From an uncultured Actinomycetota bacterium (GTDB lineage: Bacteria; Actinomycetota; Actinomycetes; Streptosporangiales; Streptosporangiaceae): a stretch of DNA of 64,000 nt. Shown here piece after piece: positions 50,454 through 61,477 of the stretch. The DNA lies in assembly GCA_963844925.1 (NCBI GenBank), contig CAWJQG010000016.1, positions 12,930 to 76,929 on the forward strand, given 5' to 3'. The position numbers were made by a program, and so were the translations under genes. How positions within the stretch are numbered: the first letter of the stretch is position 1; the number at the start of each line of letters is the position of its first letter. The notes beneath the pieces were generated by a model that did no database searches, was not told the origin of the DNA, and worked only from the letters and a program-made list of their open reading frames with translations.

Positions 50454-51466
50454 GAGGGCAGCCCGGCGGACCCCTGGCCCGAATCGCGGCGGCAGCCCGC
50501 CCGGTCCGGCCCTGGCTCCACATCAACGCATCCCCGCGCATCGCACGGTTCTTCGTAATCGCAGGAGCACGCCCAGGCACCCCGCGCACATCAGACCCCG
50601 CTGCAACGCACCAGGCCCATGGCCCTAAACCGATCACTCATCTCGTCGAGGCCTACCTGGCAGGCCGCAACTTGCGCCACGCCGATCTGACCGGCGCCGT
50701 CCTGACTGGCGCGGACCTGACCGGCGCGATCCTCACCGGCGCCATCCTGACTGGCGCGGACCTGACTGGCGCGATCCTGAGCGGCGTGGACCTGGCCGGC
50801 GCGGTCCTGAGCCGGGCGAACCTGTCCCGCGCGAAACTGGCCGACGCGAACCTGAACCGCGCCATCGCAGTTGCCGTGGACCTGGCCGGCGCGGACCTTG
50901 TCGGCGCGATCGCGGTTGGCGTGGACCTGGCCGGCGCGATCCTGGCCGGCGCGTACCTGGGCGGCATGAACCTGAGCCGCGCGAACCTCACCGACGCGAA
51001 CCTCACCGACGCGAATCTGACCCGCGCAAATCTGACCCGCGCAAATCTGACCCGCGTGGACCTGGCCGGCGCCGACCTGCCCGGCGTCCACCTGGGCGGC
51101 GCGAACCTGACCGACGCGAACCTCACCGACGCGATCGCGGTTGGGGTGGACCTGATCGGCGCGAACCTGACCCGTGCGAACCTGACCCGGGGGAACCTGA
51201 CCGGTGCGAACCTGACCCTCGCGAACCTAAGTGCCGCGATCCTGACCGACGCGGACCTGGCCGACGCGGATCTGACCGATGTTCTCTGGTCAGGCCGAAC
51301 GATCTGGCCGGAGGACATTGCGGAAATCATGCCCGGCTCGATCCGGAAGAACGAGAGCCCGGCGTGTGGCGGGTCATCGGCCCAGGTCCAGCCAGCCAGG
51401 GAGCCGCCGTCCCGCTGCCGACCGGCTGAGACCGGCGCCGAGGCGGAAACGAACGCACACGGCTGA
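50450..51466 (+). CDS. Pentapeptide repeat protein
   Basis: Long run of A(D/N/I)LxG/R pentapeptides at ~50670-51280. Confidence 0.88.
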   Translation: MRGQPGGPLARIAAAARPVRPWLHINASPRIARFFVIAGARPGTPRTSDPAATHQAHGPKPITHLVEAYLAGRNLRHADLTGAVLTGADLTGAILTGAILTGADLTGAILSGVDLAGAVLSRANLSRAKLADANLNRAIAVAVDLAGADLVGAIAVGVDLAGAILAGAYLGGMNLSRANLTDANLTDANLTRANLTRANLTRVDLAGADLPGVHLGGANLTDANLTDAIAVGVDLIGANLTRANLTRGNLTGANLTLANLSAAILTDADLADADLTDVLWSGRTIWPEDIAEIMPGSIRKNESPACGGSSAQVQPAREPPSRCRPAETGAEAETNAHG

Positions 51467-51505
51467 ACCTGTAGACTTACGGGGCGCAGTCCGCAGGGAC
51501 GGCAC

Positions 51506-51579
51506 GCCGCCTTAGCTCAGTCGGACAGAGCGACGCACTCGTAATGCGTAGGTCTGGGGTTCGATTCCCCAAGGCGGCT
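51506..51579 (+). tRNA. tRNA-Thr(CGT)
   Basis: GCCGCCTTAGCTCAGTCGGACAGAGCGACGCACTCGTAATGCGTAGGTCTGGGGTTCGATTCCCCAAGGCGGCT. Confidence 0.96.
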
Positions 51580-51583
51580 CCCA
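51538..51583 (+). repeat. att direct repeat (tRNA-Thr 3' half)
   Basis: 46 bp matching 58212-58257 with one C/T mismatch. Confidence 0.92.
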
Positions 51584-52892
51584 GGTAGGTTTGAGGTGGA
51601 GAATGTGTGGGTGTAGGTATAGGTATGGTTGTATTAAAGAGGTATATTGAAAGGTTGTGTAGTGGTTATTATAGAGTGTATGTTAAGAGGGAATAGATAT
51701 AGTAAAGGTAAGTTGTGTAAGATAAGGGTTAAAATGTATAGAAGATGTAGTAGTTAAGAAAGTTAGGTAGTTTGTTAGTTGAAGTAGATAGAAGAGAGTT
51801 TATATTAGGATAAGATTAGTTTATAGTTTGTGAAGTAGTTATGTGGAGTTATTAAAGAAGAAGTTGTGATAAGAAGGTGTATGGTAGTTATTAGGTTGTT
51901 TTTGTGTTTGAGGTGATAATAATTAATGTATTAAAGAGAGTTGTTGTATGGTGGGGTATAGATAAGTTAGGTGTGTTGTAGTTTTATAAGATGTTAGTGA
52001 TGTATTTATATATAAGGGTGTAGTAAAGAGATGGAAAATTGGTTAGAGAGTTAGTTAAATAGGATGAGTTGTTGAAAATTATAGAGATGATTGGTAAATA
52101 GGTAAAGTAGTATTATTTTAAGTTAATTGGTAGAGATAAGAGAAAAGGGAAGATGTTTGATAAGTTATGGTGTGTAGAGAAAATATAGGGTAGTTGGTAA
52201 ATTGGATAGATAAGTAGATAGTAGGGTGAGAGAATGATTTGGAGAAAAAGAGAGAGATTAAGAGTGGTAGGAAAATAAAGATGAGTTAGTATTAAAATAG
52301 ATGTTGTAAGATAAAAGAGTTTATGAGTTTTAGTTGGGAGAGTATTTTTTGTAGAAAGATGGTTTAGTGTTGAGAGATAAGATAAAGATGAAAGATGTTA
52401 TAATAGGGTTAAGAGATAAGTTAGGTTATAAGAAATAGTATGATTTAGTATAATTATTAAAAGTAGAAGTTAAAAAGGTAGATTTAGAGTGTTTAGAGGT
52501 GGTAGAGTAGTTTGTATTAATAGATGGGGAGTAGATGAATGTTTGAGGAGTTAGTTAAGAAAGTAAGTAAGATGAATGCGGAAGACCGCGGCATAGGCGT
52601 TAGAGAAGAGGTAGTAAGAAGATATGTTTAGTATTAGATAGATGAGATAGAGATATAGGTAGAATAATAGATGATAAGAGAGATAATAAGATTAGAGAAG
52701 ATATTAGGTGGTGTGATATTATATGGTATAATAGGAAATTAGAAGTAGTATTTAGATGATGTAGTTGTTAAGATATTAGATGGTGGAGATGAAAATAGTT
52801 TGTGATTAGTTTAGTTATATGATAGTTATGAGTAAGAAGATTATATGTTGGGTTTCACCCCAGGAAGAGAGTGGTTAAAAGTAAAAGAAAGG
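51583..52892 (+). other. Cytosine-depleted tract that encodes the corrupted 5' part of mcrB
   Basis: No C in 51583-52578; only 6 C at 52579-52598 and 5 C at 52856-52861. Confidence 0.95.
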
Positions 52893-53470
52893 CCCCTTCC
52901 TCAAGCTCGTTCTCGACGCGGCCGGCGACTGGGAAAACACATATGTACTCGTCATCGATGAGCTGTCGCGTGCAGACGTTGGCCGAGTCTTTGGCGAGGC
53001 GCTGACCTACGTCGAGCGGACCAAGCGGGAGTTGACCTTCAACATCGCGAACGGCGACAAGGTCACTGTCCAGAGCAACTTCGTGATCATCGCGACGATG
53101 AATCCATTAGACCGCGGCGTCGATGAGGTAGACGCAGCCTTCGAGCGCCGGTTCGGCAAGATCTCAATGGACCCCGACCGCGGGCTCCTGGACGAGTTGC
53201 TGACCGATAACCACATGGACGAGGCGCTCAAGGAGCGGGTCCTCGGTTGGTTCACCTCATCAACGGAATACGCTAACAAGAACGAGGCGCTGCCGTCGGC
53301 CAGCGTACTTCGCGACGGCCAGCGACGAGGCGAGCCTGAACGACATCTGGGACTACCAACGCAAATACTTGGTGCAGCGCGCCTTCCGACGCGATGAGGC
53401 GACCCGGGAAGCACTGGAGACTAGCTGGCAGCACATCTTCCAGGCGTCCGTAGGCACCGTCACCGTCTGA
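52707..53470 (+). pseudogene. mcrB: McrB-family AAA+ GTPase (5' part unreadable, start unknown, frameshifts)
   Basis: GPFLKLV..YVLVIDELSRADVGRVFGEALTYVE, IIATMNPLDRGVDEVDAAFERRF; Walker A recoverable at 52725-52748. Confidence 0.85.
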
Positions 53471-53479
53471 CCAAGCTGA

Positions 53480-54810
53480 GTGACAACCGTGGTCAGCGAG
53501 ATGACCGTGGTCGAGTGCGCTGAGTACGACTACATAGACCTCGACGACAGGCTGTGGCTGAGCGACGAGCACCAGACGAGGTTCAACTCAGAGATAGACG
53601 GGCGAGACATACTCAGAGCCAGCTTCAGGAAGGGTGTACTCAGGCTCCAGGCAACGTCGTATGTCGGCGTGATCTCGCTGAACGATCACGTGGTAGTGAA
53701 GGTCAAGCCGCGGGTCCCGATCGAGAACCTGACGCGAATGGTCATAGAGACTGGCCACAGCGTCTTGCCCCTCAGGGCTCTTCGCCACTACTCAGGGCGC
53801 GGAACAGCAGACGACTGGGCGCTCGATATATACACGGACGCACTGCTCGAACATGTCTACACGATCCTCGACTCTGGCTTGCTCCGCACCTATGAGCGGC
53901 GCAATGGCGAGGGGCACTTCCTCCACGGCAGAATAGACTTCACGCAGACGGTACAGCGTTTCGCGGCGCGCGGGGTAGACAACAAGGTCGCCTACTCGTG
54001 GTTGGAGCGCACGATGGACAAGGCGCCAAACGTTGCCTCAAGGCCGCGATGGAGGTGATACACGACCACCTTGCGAAGGCCCGTTCGAAGCCACGTAAGG
54101 GCGACCGTTCAAAGCTTGCGCGGCTCGCTGGGCAGTTTCACGCATTAGATGAAGTCGGCAACGATCCGGAGTACCGGTTCCTCGATGATCCGCAGGTCCT
54201 AGGTCTCGCGCCGCTGCCTGACTCGCGGTACTACTATCGTCCCGCGCTCGATCTCGCCACTCTCATACTTCAAGGCGTTGGCATCGCGCTCGAACTCGGT
54301 GGCTCAGACGTACAGCTGAATTCGATGCTGGTAGACACCAACAAGCTGCTAGAGAACTTCGTACTGGTCAGCCTCGCCAAGCACGCGCGCGCGCACGGAT
54401 GGCCCGTTGATGTCCTCGACGGCAACGCAGAAGGCAAGGTAGATCTGTACCACGTGCCGGATACCCTGCAGCGCCTTTCGGCACTCCGCTCACCAGTGCG
54501 CTGGCGTCGGCAGACACGGCAAGGCACAGCCAGACATCGTGTTTCGCGCGCTCGACGGCAGCTTCCCGCTCGTAGCCAAGGTAAAGAACACAGCTCACGG
54601 CAAGGATGCACAGGCAGACGACGTGCTCGCGGCCAGAGATGAAGTCGAGCAGGCCGTGACCTACGCGCTGCGCGACGACTGCCCGTTCACCTGCTGATCC
54701 ACAGTGGATCAAGGGGACGAAAGGTCTTGTGTACGTGGGGCGCGTGCGCACCATCGACGTCTACGACTACCGGCTGGACTTGTCATCAGACGCCAGGCTC
54801 GATGCAGCGC
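53480..54810 (+). pseudogene. mcrC: McrC-family endonuclease subunit (several frameshifts)
   Basis: LQATSYVGVI, KPRVPIENL, HGRIDF, DTNKLLENFV and PDIV motifs; directly after mcrB; end approximate. Confidence 0.78.
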
Positions 54811-54858
54811 TGGCAGACATGGCCAACACGTGGCCGGGCTCGCTGGGATAGTCTCGGC

Positions 54859-55918
54859 TCAGCCTCCGACTTCCGGCTGATCCATCCAGTTGACGACGTA
54901 GACGCAGATGGCATCGCGTCCTTCATCGTTCGCGGTCTTGAGGGTGGTGCCGGTGCCGGCGAACGGGTCAAGTACCACACCGCGTGCCGGAGCGCGTGGC
55001 CGCAGTCCGTCCAGCCGACGGTGCGCTTGTTCGCGAAGGTGAACTCGCGGAAGTACCCGCCAAGAACTGCCTTGGCCTCAGCGGCGAGGCGCAGAACCTC
55101 GTTGCTGTTGCGCGCGGTCCCGTTCTGGAACTTCGTTGCCTTGCCGACGTCTGACACCCCGAACGCTTGGATGGCGCGGATGTGTTCGGGGGTGAGTCAG
55201 TGCTCCTTGGCCAATTCCATCGCGCGCCGTGACTGCGGACGGGCGAGGTCAAGGTCGGCGGTGCGCTCAACAACGCGCTTGCGCGGTACACCGCACTCAG
55301 CGCACATCTGCTGCGGCGCTGCCAGAGTGATGGCGCGGCGGACCAGTTAGCGAGGGTATGGCGAGAGGGTGAGCTCCATGTTGCGTTCGGGATTGATCGT
55401 CCAGACGTCGCCGGGGTTAGCGCCGTTGCCGAACTCCTTGGCGTACCCGACGAGGTCGTAGTAGTAGGTCGGCTTGTACGTCAGATGAATGACGTACTCG
55501 TGCCGGATCGCCAGCCGGTTCTTGACCGGATCTGGCATGACCGATGCCTTGACCCAGATGATCCGGTTCCTGATGAGCCAGTCGCCCTTGGCAGCCTGCC
55601 ACTCGATTTGCCCGGGGATGCCCAGCAGCGACTTGTTGAAGTAGGTGTCTCCGACGTTCAGGAAGACCGAGCCGTGAGGTCGCAGTACTCGGCGCCACTC
55701 GGCCAAGCACTCGATGATCGAGGTGACGTAGGCATCCGGTGTCGGCTCCAGGCCGATCTGGTCGGCGTGGCCGTAGTCCCTCTTGTTCCAGTACGGGGGC
55801 GAGGTGACGATGAGGTCAACCGAGTCGTCCGCGAGGCCGGTCTTCCGTGCGTCCCGGGAGTGAACGTCAACTGCGGTTCCAGGAGGCCCGGCTCCCAGTC
55901 GGCGAGCTGACTGATCAT
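54859..55918 (-). pseudogene. Beta-class N4-C/N6-A DNA methyltransferase (frameshifted)
   Basis: DSVDLIVTSPPYW (~55790-55830), RVLRPHGSVFLNVGD, and VLDPFAGTGTT near 54945-54978. Confidence 0.85.
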
Positions 55919-56573
55919 CGCCGATCCGAGCTTGGACCGACCGGCGGCAGGCTCCGAATCTGATTGCCGAGCGGCGGAACGGCTCATCCGGCTGGCCTCT
56001 CCTTCGTCATAGCGGTCTACTCTCGATGTCGGAGCTGGACACTAGCAGTCCCCGCCGACAGAAAGGCCTTCGGAGGTAGATCCGAGACCTCAAACCCTAG
56101 GTATAGCGGGAATTTTCCAACTCGTCGAGTACCCAGCCGGGCGCGCCGCCACCAAATCGGTCTCGGCACGCGGCGAGGGCGCTGGCTCAGACGACCCCAC
56201 GGGCGCGAACCTGGCAACTGCGGTGACGAGACAGTGGGCAACGTCGTGGAGCGCCAGGAACTCGGCCGGTCACCCCATTAGTACAGCAGAAAAGTACCGC
56301 AACACTGGGCGGAAATCGGTGAACACCGACGGGCTCCCGTGGACACATGGCTAGTGCTCAGAACGAAGTTTTCAAACGTTTGATTCGGTACGACTCCTAT
56401 CTCGCATGCAAGGGATCACGCGGCGACCAGCGTGCCGAGGGCATAGTGGGCGGATGGCCGAGGTGGCCCCGATTGCAGAGCGTGGGCTCAGACGGAGCTT
56501 GGTGGTCTCGAAGATTGCCGGGTGGCCGCGTGCTATTGAGCACGGACACGATTCGTGGAGCGAGCCGGTGCCT

Positions 56574-57329
56574 CTACTGCACGGTTCGGATCGCACGGTT
56601 CGACAGTAGCTCCACTAGCGCGACCGCGATTGCAACGGCCGCTTGTGCTGACTCCGGCGTGATCGGCGCAGTGGTCGGACCGCCTTCATGCCGGTCGCGG
56701 TGCCCTTGCCATAGGAGGCGCATCATTTCGCGCACTGCACTCACATCGGCCGGAGACCCGGTCTTGTTTGCGATGATCATTTCGTAGTCGCTGCCGCGCT
56801 GGTCAAGATGGCGGATGACCTGACCGAGGGTCGGTGCCTGAAGCGTCGGCAGGAACAAGGGATTGGCCACAGCTTCGACGGCCCGGATCGCGTCCTGGTA
56901 GGCGCTGCTTGGATCAGGCTTGAGGGCGTAGACAGAGTTCCACGCAGCAAGCAAGCGGTCGGCAGCGCTGGAAAGCCAGCTTGCTCGGCGGCATCTGCGG
57001 CGGTGATCGCCTGCGCGTGTGCAACAGGGTCTACGCGCCGCTCCAGACCGAGACCGTCCGTGCGGACTCGGTAAATCATGCGGCCGTCATCGAGGAGCTG
57101 CTGCAAGACCTCTCGCTGGTCTTTGGTCCCAATCGCCTTACGAGCGCGGCGAACGAGCTGACACGAGATGGCTCGTCGCTCGCTGGCGGTACCCTCTGGC
57201 CGCACGCGGCGGGTCGCCGAGCGCCGAGACCCTCCTCGTGGTAATGCTCGACGAGGGAGGCGTACAGCAGAGAAGTACGCAACCGGGACGGAAAACGGCA
57301 GACTTCGTCGGACGTCTATAGACAGACAA
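56574..57329 (-). pseudogene. Hypothetical actinobacterial protein, frameshifted
   Basis: Consecutive segments LQQLLDDGRMIYRV..LERRVDP and PDPSSAYQDAIRAVEA..TLG..LLWQGHRDRH. Confidence 0.55.
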
Positions 57330-57623
57330 CGAGCCTTAAGGCGGGAGTTTCCAAACGTAGATTAGATGACGTGAAGTAGCTACGGATGAAAGGTTAAGGT
57401 GCCAAGTCGCCCCGAGCGAGACCGCGTGGCCAGAGTGAGTTACGCGTTCATGCTGGCGGGAAGTCCCAGTCGAGATTGTCGGCAACTGCCAACACATCAG
57501 GGACAGGCTGTCTTCAATCGCCTTGACCAACTCACGAGCTGCTTTCGAGATGGCGCTCACTCACACCCTCAGTGGTTTGAAGTGTCCAGGAAGCCTCGCG
57601 GGGTAGGTGCGTGTGTCGTTTGC

Positions 57624-57944
57624 TTAGGGAGTAATAATACGCCCATCGGGCAGCGGAGCCTTCCCGCCGTGGATCAGCGCGTTACGCTGTAGGCTCGCTC
57701 CTTTGCATTCCATGAGCGCGGCACGCAACGAGCTCCTGGTATCTTCCGCCATCTCCCGATTGACATCGGTCAGAGCGATGCACTGATCGATAAGCCAACT
57801 GGTGGACTGACCGCCCGCGACAACCGCTGCGTACTTGCTGCCCACCAAGCCGCAGAACGCCAGACGCAGCACCCACTCCATCACGGTGCCAGCCTCGGTG
57901 ATCTTACCGAGCGCTACCAACAGACGGTCCTCATCGTCTTCCAC
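57624..57944 (-). CDS. Hypothetical protein
   Basis: 106 aa, ALGKITEA..MEW and RNALIHG (RxxxxH). Confidence 0.55.
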   Translation of the reverse strand: MEDDEDRLLVALGKITEAGTVMEWVLRLAFCGLVGSKYAAVVAGGQSTSWLIDQCIALTDVNREMAEDTRSSLRAALMECKGASLQRNALIHGGKAPLPDGRIITP

Positions 57945-58211
57945 ATCAACATGATGAACTCCTTAGACCTGTGTCGCACGGCTATGTCGCTTTCTAGCAG
58001 TGGTGACCACCAGGACCTCAGCGGGAATGGCGGCTGGTTCGTTCCCGGGGCGTCGGCTAAAGCCGCGCCCCTCGCGCGGGAGCGGCACCGACGGCGCGTG
58101 GAACGGGTCGTGGAACAGGTGGCCTGGCATTTCTGCGTTTTTGGTGCAGTGCTAGCATCTCGCATGTGGCATCGGTGCAGGTAGCGGACGCAAAGCCCGG
58201 TGAGCGTGCCT

Positions 58212-58257
58212 CTCGTAATGTGTAGGTCTGGGGTTCGATTCCCCAAGGCGGCTCCCA
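58212..58257 (+). repeat. att direct repeat (duplicate of tRNA-Thr 3' half)
   Basis: CTCGTAATGTGTAGGTCTGGGGTTCGATTCCCCAAGGCGGCTCCCA. Confidence 0.92.
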
Positions 58258-58260
58258 CGT

Positions 58261-58305
58261 CAAAGCCCCTTTCCGGGAACTTGTTCGTTCCAGGGAAGGG
58301 CTTTG
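58261..58305 (+). terminator. Hairpin after the att repeat, likely the displaced tRNA terminator
   Basis: CAAAGCCCCTTTCC-GGGAAC..GTTCC-AGGGAAGGGCTTTG imperfect stem. Confidence 0.6.
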
Positions 58306-58505
58306 CTAACGGCGGGCGGAGGATTCGCGCGACCGCGGCGGAGATGTGCTCGGAGAGTGGCGTGGAAGGTGACGTAAGCGTGCCATGTGATGCCGCTGGT
58401 GCCTTACGGGGTGCCGTAACTGCGCCTGATGGCCCTAACCGCGGTGATATGTGGAAGAACGGCTTTACCTGGTGGTAAAGAGAACCATCAGGCCGGGAGG
58501 TTCAT

Positions 58506-59823
58506 ATGGCAGGTGCAGAGACTTTGCTGCGGAGCCTGCTCGAACTGCGGCACCTGACGCAGCACGAGGCGTTCAACGCCCAGTTCCGGCGGGCGGCGAA
58601 GTTCCTTGCCGACGTGAGGCAGACCCTAGGCTCGCGAAAATCACGGTCTCGGAGCGGCAGTTGAAGCGATGGGTGAACGGCGAAGTGACGACGACGCCGC
58701 GCGCCGATACGTGCCGCGTGCTTGAGGCCATGTTCGGCCATCCGGTTCGCGTTCTGCTGGCCCCGGCTGGGTTGCCTGCACCAGACCAGCGGGCGCGGCC
58801 GACACCGGCGGGCAAGACGACATAGGAAGGACACTGAGCATGGCAGCAAGGCGCGCTAGGCAGTTCTCTGCGGTGGCGGATGCCACGAACGTCGGCCCGG
58901 ACTCGCTCAACCAGCTTCGGGATGAGGCGGCCCGGCTGGCCTGGCGTACCCGGTAGAGCCCTGGCGCTGCTGCTCCCGGAGCTAGCCGCGTTGCAAGACG
59001 ACGTTCTGACACTTCTGGAAGGACGGCAACCGCCTCGGTACGCCTCCGACCTCTACGTCATCGGCGGCCTGGCAAGCGGGATGCTTGCCAAGGCTAGCCA
59101 CGACCAGCGCGACCGGGCGGGCGATGGTCCACGCCCGGCTCGCGTGGCAGTGCGCGAGCAACGCGGGGCACGACGGCCTAGGCGCGTGGGTTCGCGGGCT
59201 TGAGTCGCTGATCACCTACTGGGCGGGTCGACCCGGTGAGGCAAGACAGTACGCTCTGGCCGGACTTGAGATGCCTGTGACGGGAACCGTACGTGTCTGG
59301 CTTCATGCGCTACAAGGACGCGCTGAGGCCGTGCTAGGAAACGCTGACGGGGCGCTCGCCGCCATCAACCAGGCGAACGACGCCGTGCAGAGGTACGAGC
59401 GGACGACCTAGACGCGATCGGCGGCATGTGCCGGTTCGACCGGAGCGACAGTTCTACTACGCGGCCGACGCAGGGGTCGTGATCCCCGCACAGATTGGCC
59501 CGGTGCCGCTCGCAACCCTCGCTGAGGGGTACGCGCAGCAGGCCATCGACGCCTATGCGACAGCCGAAGCGCCGTCGTTCGGTGACCAGGCAGGGGCGCA
59601 CTCGGCGCTAGCCATCGCGCGGGTCCGCGCGGGCGATGTAGACGGCGCGGCCGAGGCTATCGCGCCCGTCCTCGCGCTTCCTGCGCAGATGAGGATCAAC
59701 GGCGTGGTGGCTAGCGCCGTCGCTGTTCACCGCGAGTTGGCCACGGTGGCTGACGCGACGGCGGCGGCGGATACGCAGGCGGCCATCGAGGCGTTCTGTC
59801 GAGTCCGGCGGCGTTGGCCTAGT
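58506..59823 (+). pseudogene. XRE-family regulator with helical C-terminus, several frameshifts/stops
   Basis: MAGAETLL.., VSERQLKRW..PRADTCRVLEAMF, LAKASHD, SLITYWAG and PVLALP segments in shifting frames; GGAGG RBS. Confidence 0.7.
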
Positions 59824-60444
59824 GAAGCCTGTCAAGATCGCCGGTCGGCTGGTATCGCTACGTGAGATCGAGTCGGGTGATGCGGAAGCGCTGCACGCCG
59901 TATACGGAGACCCCGCCGTGGCCGCGTACATGTCGTTCACGCCCCGGACGCTGGAACAGTGCGAGGCGATCGTTGCCGCCGCCAGGCAGAGGCGGATGCC
60001 GAACCGCGCCGGGTCTACATGCTGGCCGTCGCGGACCTGAGGGGAAGCTAGTCGGAACCGTCCGGCTGGCGCTCGAAGAGTGGAGCGCCGCGCAGTGGGG
60101 CATGGCTCTCCGTGCCGACCACTGGGGGCGCGGAGAGGGGACGAGGCGCCCGGCTGGTGTTCCGCATGGGATTCCGTGAGCTTGGTGTACATCGCATCTG
60201 GGGGGCGCGCAGCCCTCGCAACCAAGTCTCTGCGCGGCTAATGGCTGCCCTGGGCATGACCGAACAGGGGATCATCCGAAGCCATGTGCCGAGGCATGGC
60301 GTCTGGGAGGACTCGATTACAGCGTCCATCCTTGAAGATGAATTTGACGATCCGGCTGGCGTCAAATTACCCGACAGGGGCGGTCCCGCCTTGGGGCCGC
60401 CTGTTTTGCCGTGCATCGGTTTTCTCCTGCTCTTGTACCGCTGA
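59822..60444 (+). pseudogene. GNAT (RimJ/RimL-like) acetyltransferase, frameshifted
   Basis: LREIESGDAEALH, ADHWGRG, LGVHRIW..NQVSARLM..LGMTEQG. Confidence 0.75.
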
Positions 60445-60738
60445 ATGGTTTAACTTGCTCCTTTGCTGCTCGCGTTCCGTTACTGGTTTAACCCGCACTG
60501 GTCCTCTGCCTGTGCCCGTGACGCTCTGACCCGCGTCTGCTGCTCCCTGCAGCACAGAAGGGGCAGCCGTGGAGGTCGGCAAACTGCCAGACCCGGCCGA
60601 CCGGTAGCTTTCTATCAGCGCCTCCCGATCCCTACGTTCGCAGGCCCTTGCCCAAGCACGCCGTGGTCATCGAAATCGGCTGGATCGCGGCGCGACTATT
60701 ACGTTGACTGATATATTGGCCGACGTAGTAAGGAGGGG

Positions 60739-61083
60739 ATGGCCGTGAGCAAAGGGGACGGCCGTACCGGGCAGGACGTGCTGCGCCGGGTCGGCGAGGC
60801 GTCGGTGCTGATACTGATCAGCCTGGCCGACGGACCCAAGCACGGCTACGCGCTGATCCACGACATCAAGGAGCTCGTCGGCGTCGAGCTCGGCCCCGGG
60901 ACGCTTTACGGTGCGCTGGACCGCCTCGAGCGGCTCAGCTTGATCGAGCCGCTGCCCTCGAATGACCGACGCCATCCCTACCGCATTACCGCCCCGGGCG
61001 CGGCAGCGCTCCGGGTCCACCTCGATTCGCTTGAGCGAGTCAGCGAGGCCGGGCGGCTGCGGCTGCAGCTGGGCGGGATCTGA
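60739..61083 (+). CDS. PadR-family transcriptional regulator
   Basis: LADGPKHGYAL, GPGTLYGALDRLE and YRIT motifs. Confidence 0.9.
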   Translation: MAVSKGDGRTGQDVLRRVGEASVLILISLADGPKHGYALIHDIKELVGVELGPGTLYGALDRLERLSLIEPLPSNDRRHPYRITAPGAAALRVHLDSLERVSEAGRLRLQLGGI

Positions 61084-61427
61084 TGGATGACGCCCGGGCG
61101 ACCCGGCTGGTCGAGACCGCGCTGCGGTGCTACCCGGCCCGCTGGCGGCAGCGGCACGGGGAGGAGGCCACCGAACTGGCCGCGCTGCTCATGAAGGACG
61201 GGACCCCTGCGGCCTCGATTGCCTTGAGCTACCTGGCGGGCGCAGCGAGAGAGCGGCTGACGCCGCGCCCCGGGCCGCGCCTGACCGCCGCAGCCTGCGC
61301 GCTGCTAGTGATGGCCTGCGCGGTGGGCGCCTCGGCCGGGCTGCTAGCCTCGGCGGCGCAGGCCAGGGCGCGCACGAGCCAGGCGCGCGAACACGCGCAC
61401 TGCCAGTCAGCTCGCCGGGCGTCCTGA
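61083..61427 (+). CDS. PadR-associated membrane protein
   Basis: YPARWRQRHGEE motif, one TM; coupled to padR. Confidence 0.75.
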   Translation: MDDARATRLVETALRCYPARWRQRHGEEATELAALLMKDGTPAASIALSYLAGAARERLTPRPGPRLTAAACALLVMACAVGASAGLLASAAQARARTSQAREHAHCQSARRAS

Positions 61428-61477
61428 CGTGGCGCGCGCCACGAGCCGCCCGCAGGTGATCACTTGGGAGGTCGAGC

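Larger units (their letters stand above)
51584..58257. mobile_element. Genomic island integrated at tRNA-Thr, restriction-modification cargo, no visible integrase
   Basis: Bounded by the att repeats; lower GC; carries mcrBC and an MTase. Confidence 0.85.

Noticed and set aside
50670-51280. 15-bp tandem DNA repeat as a non-coding element
   Set aside because: Fully explained by pentapeptide-repeat coding.
51583-52892. Diversity-generating retroelement variable region, or an AT-rich foreign gene/origin
   Set aside because: DGRs mutate adenines and need a reverse transcriptase and a template repeat; neither is seen. AT-rich DNA would lose G as well as C, but G is abundant here.
58212-58257. Second tRNA-Thr gene
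   Set aside because: Only the 3' half is present; it is an att duplicate.
60440-60500. Two TGGTTTAAC copies in a pyrimidine-rich intergenic stretch
   Set aside because: Too short to separate from chance; no adjacent gene start to regulate.
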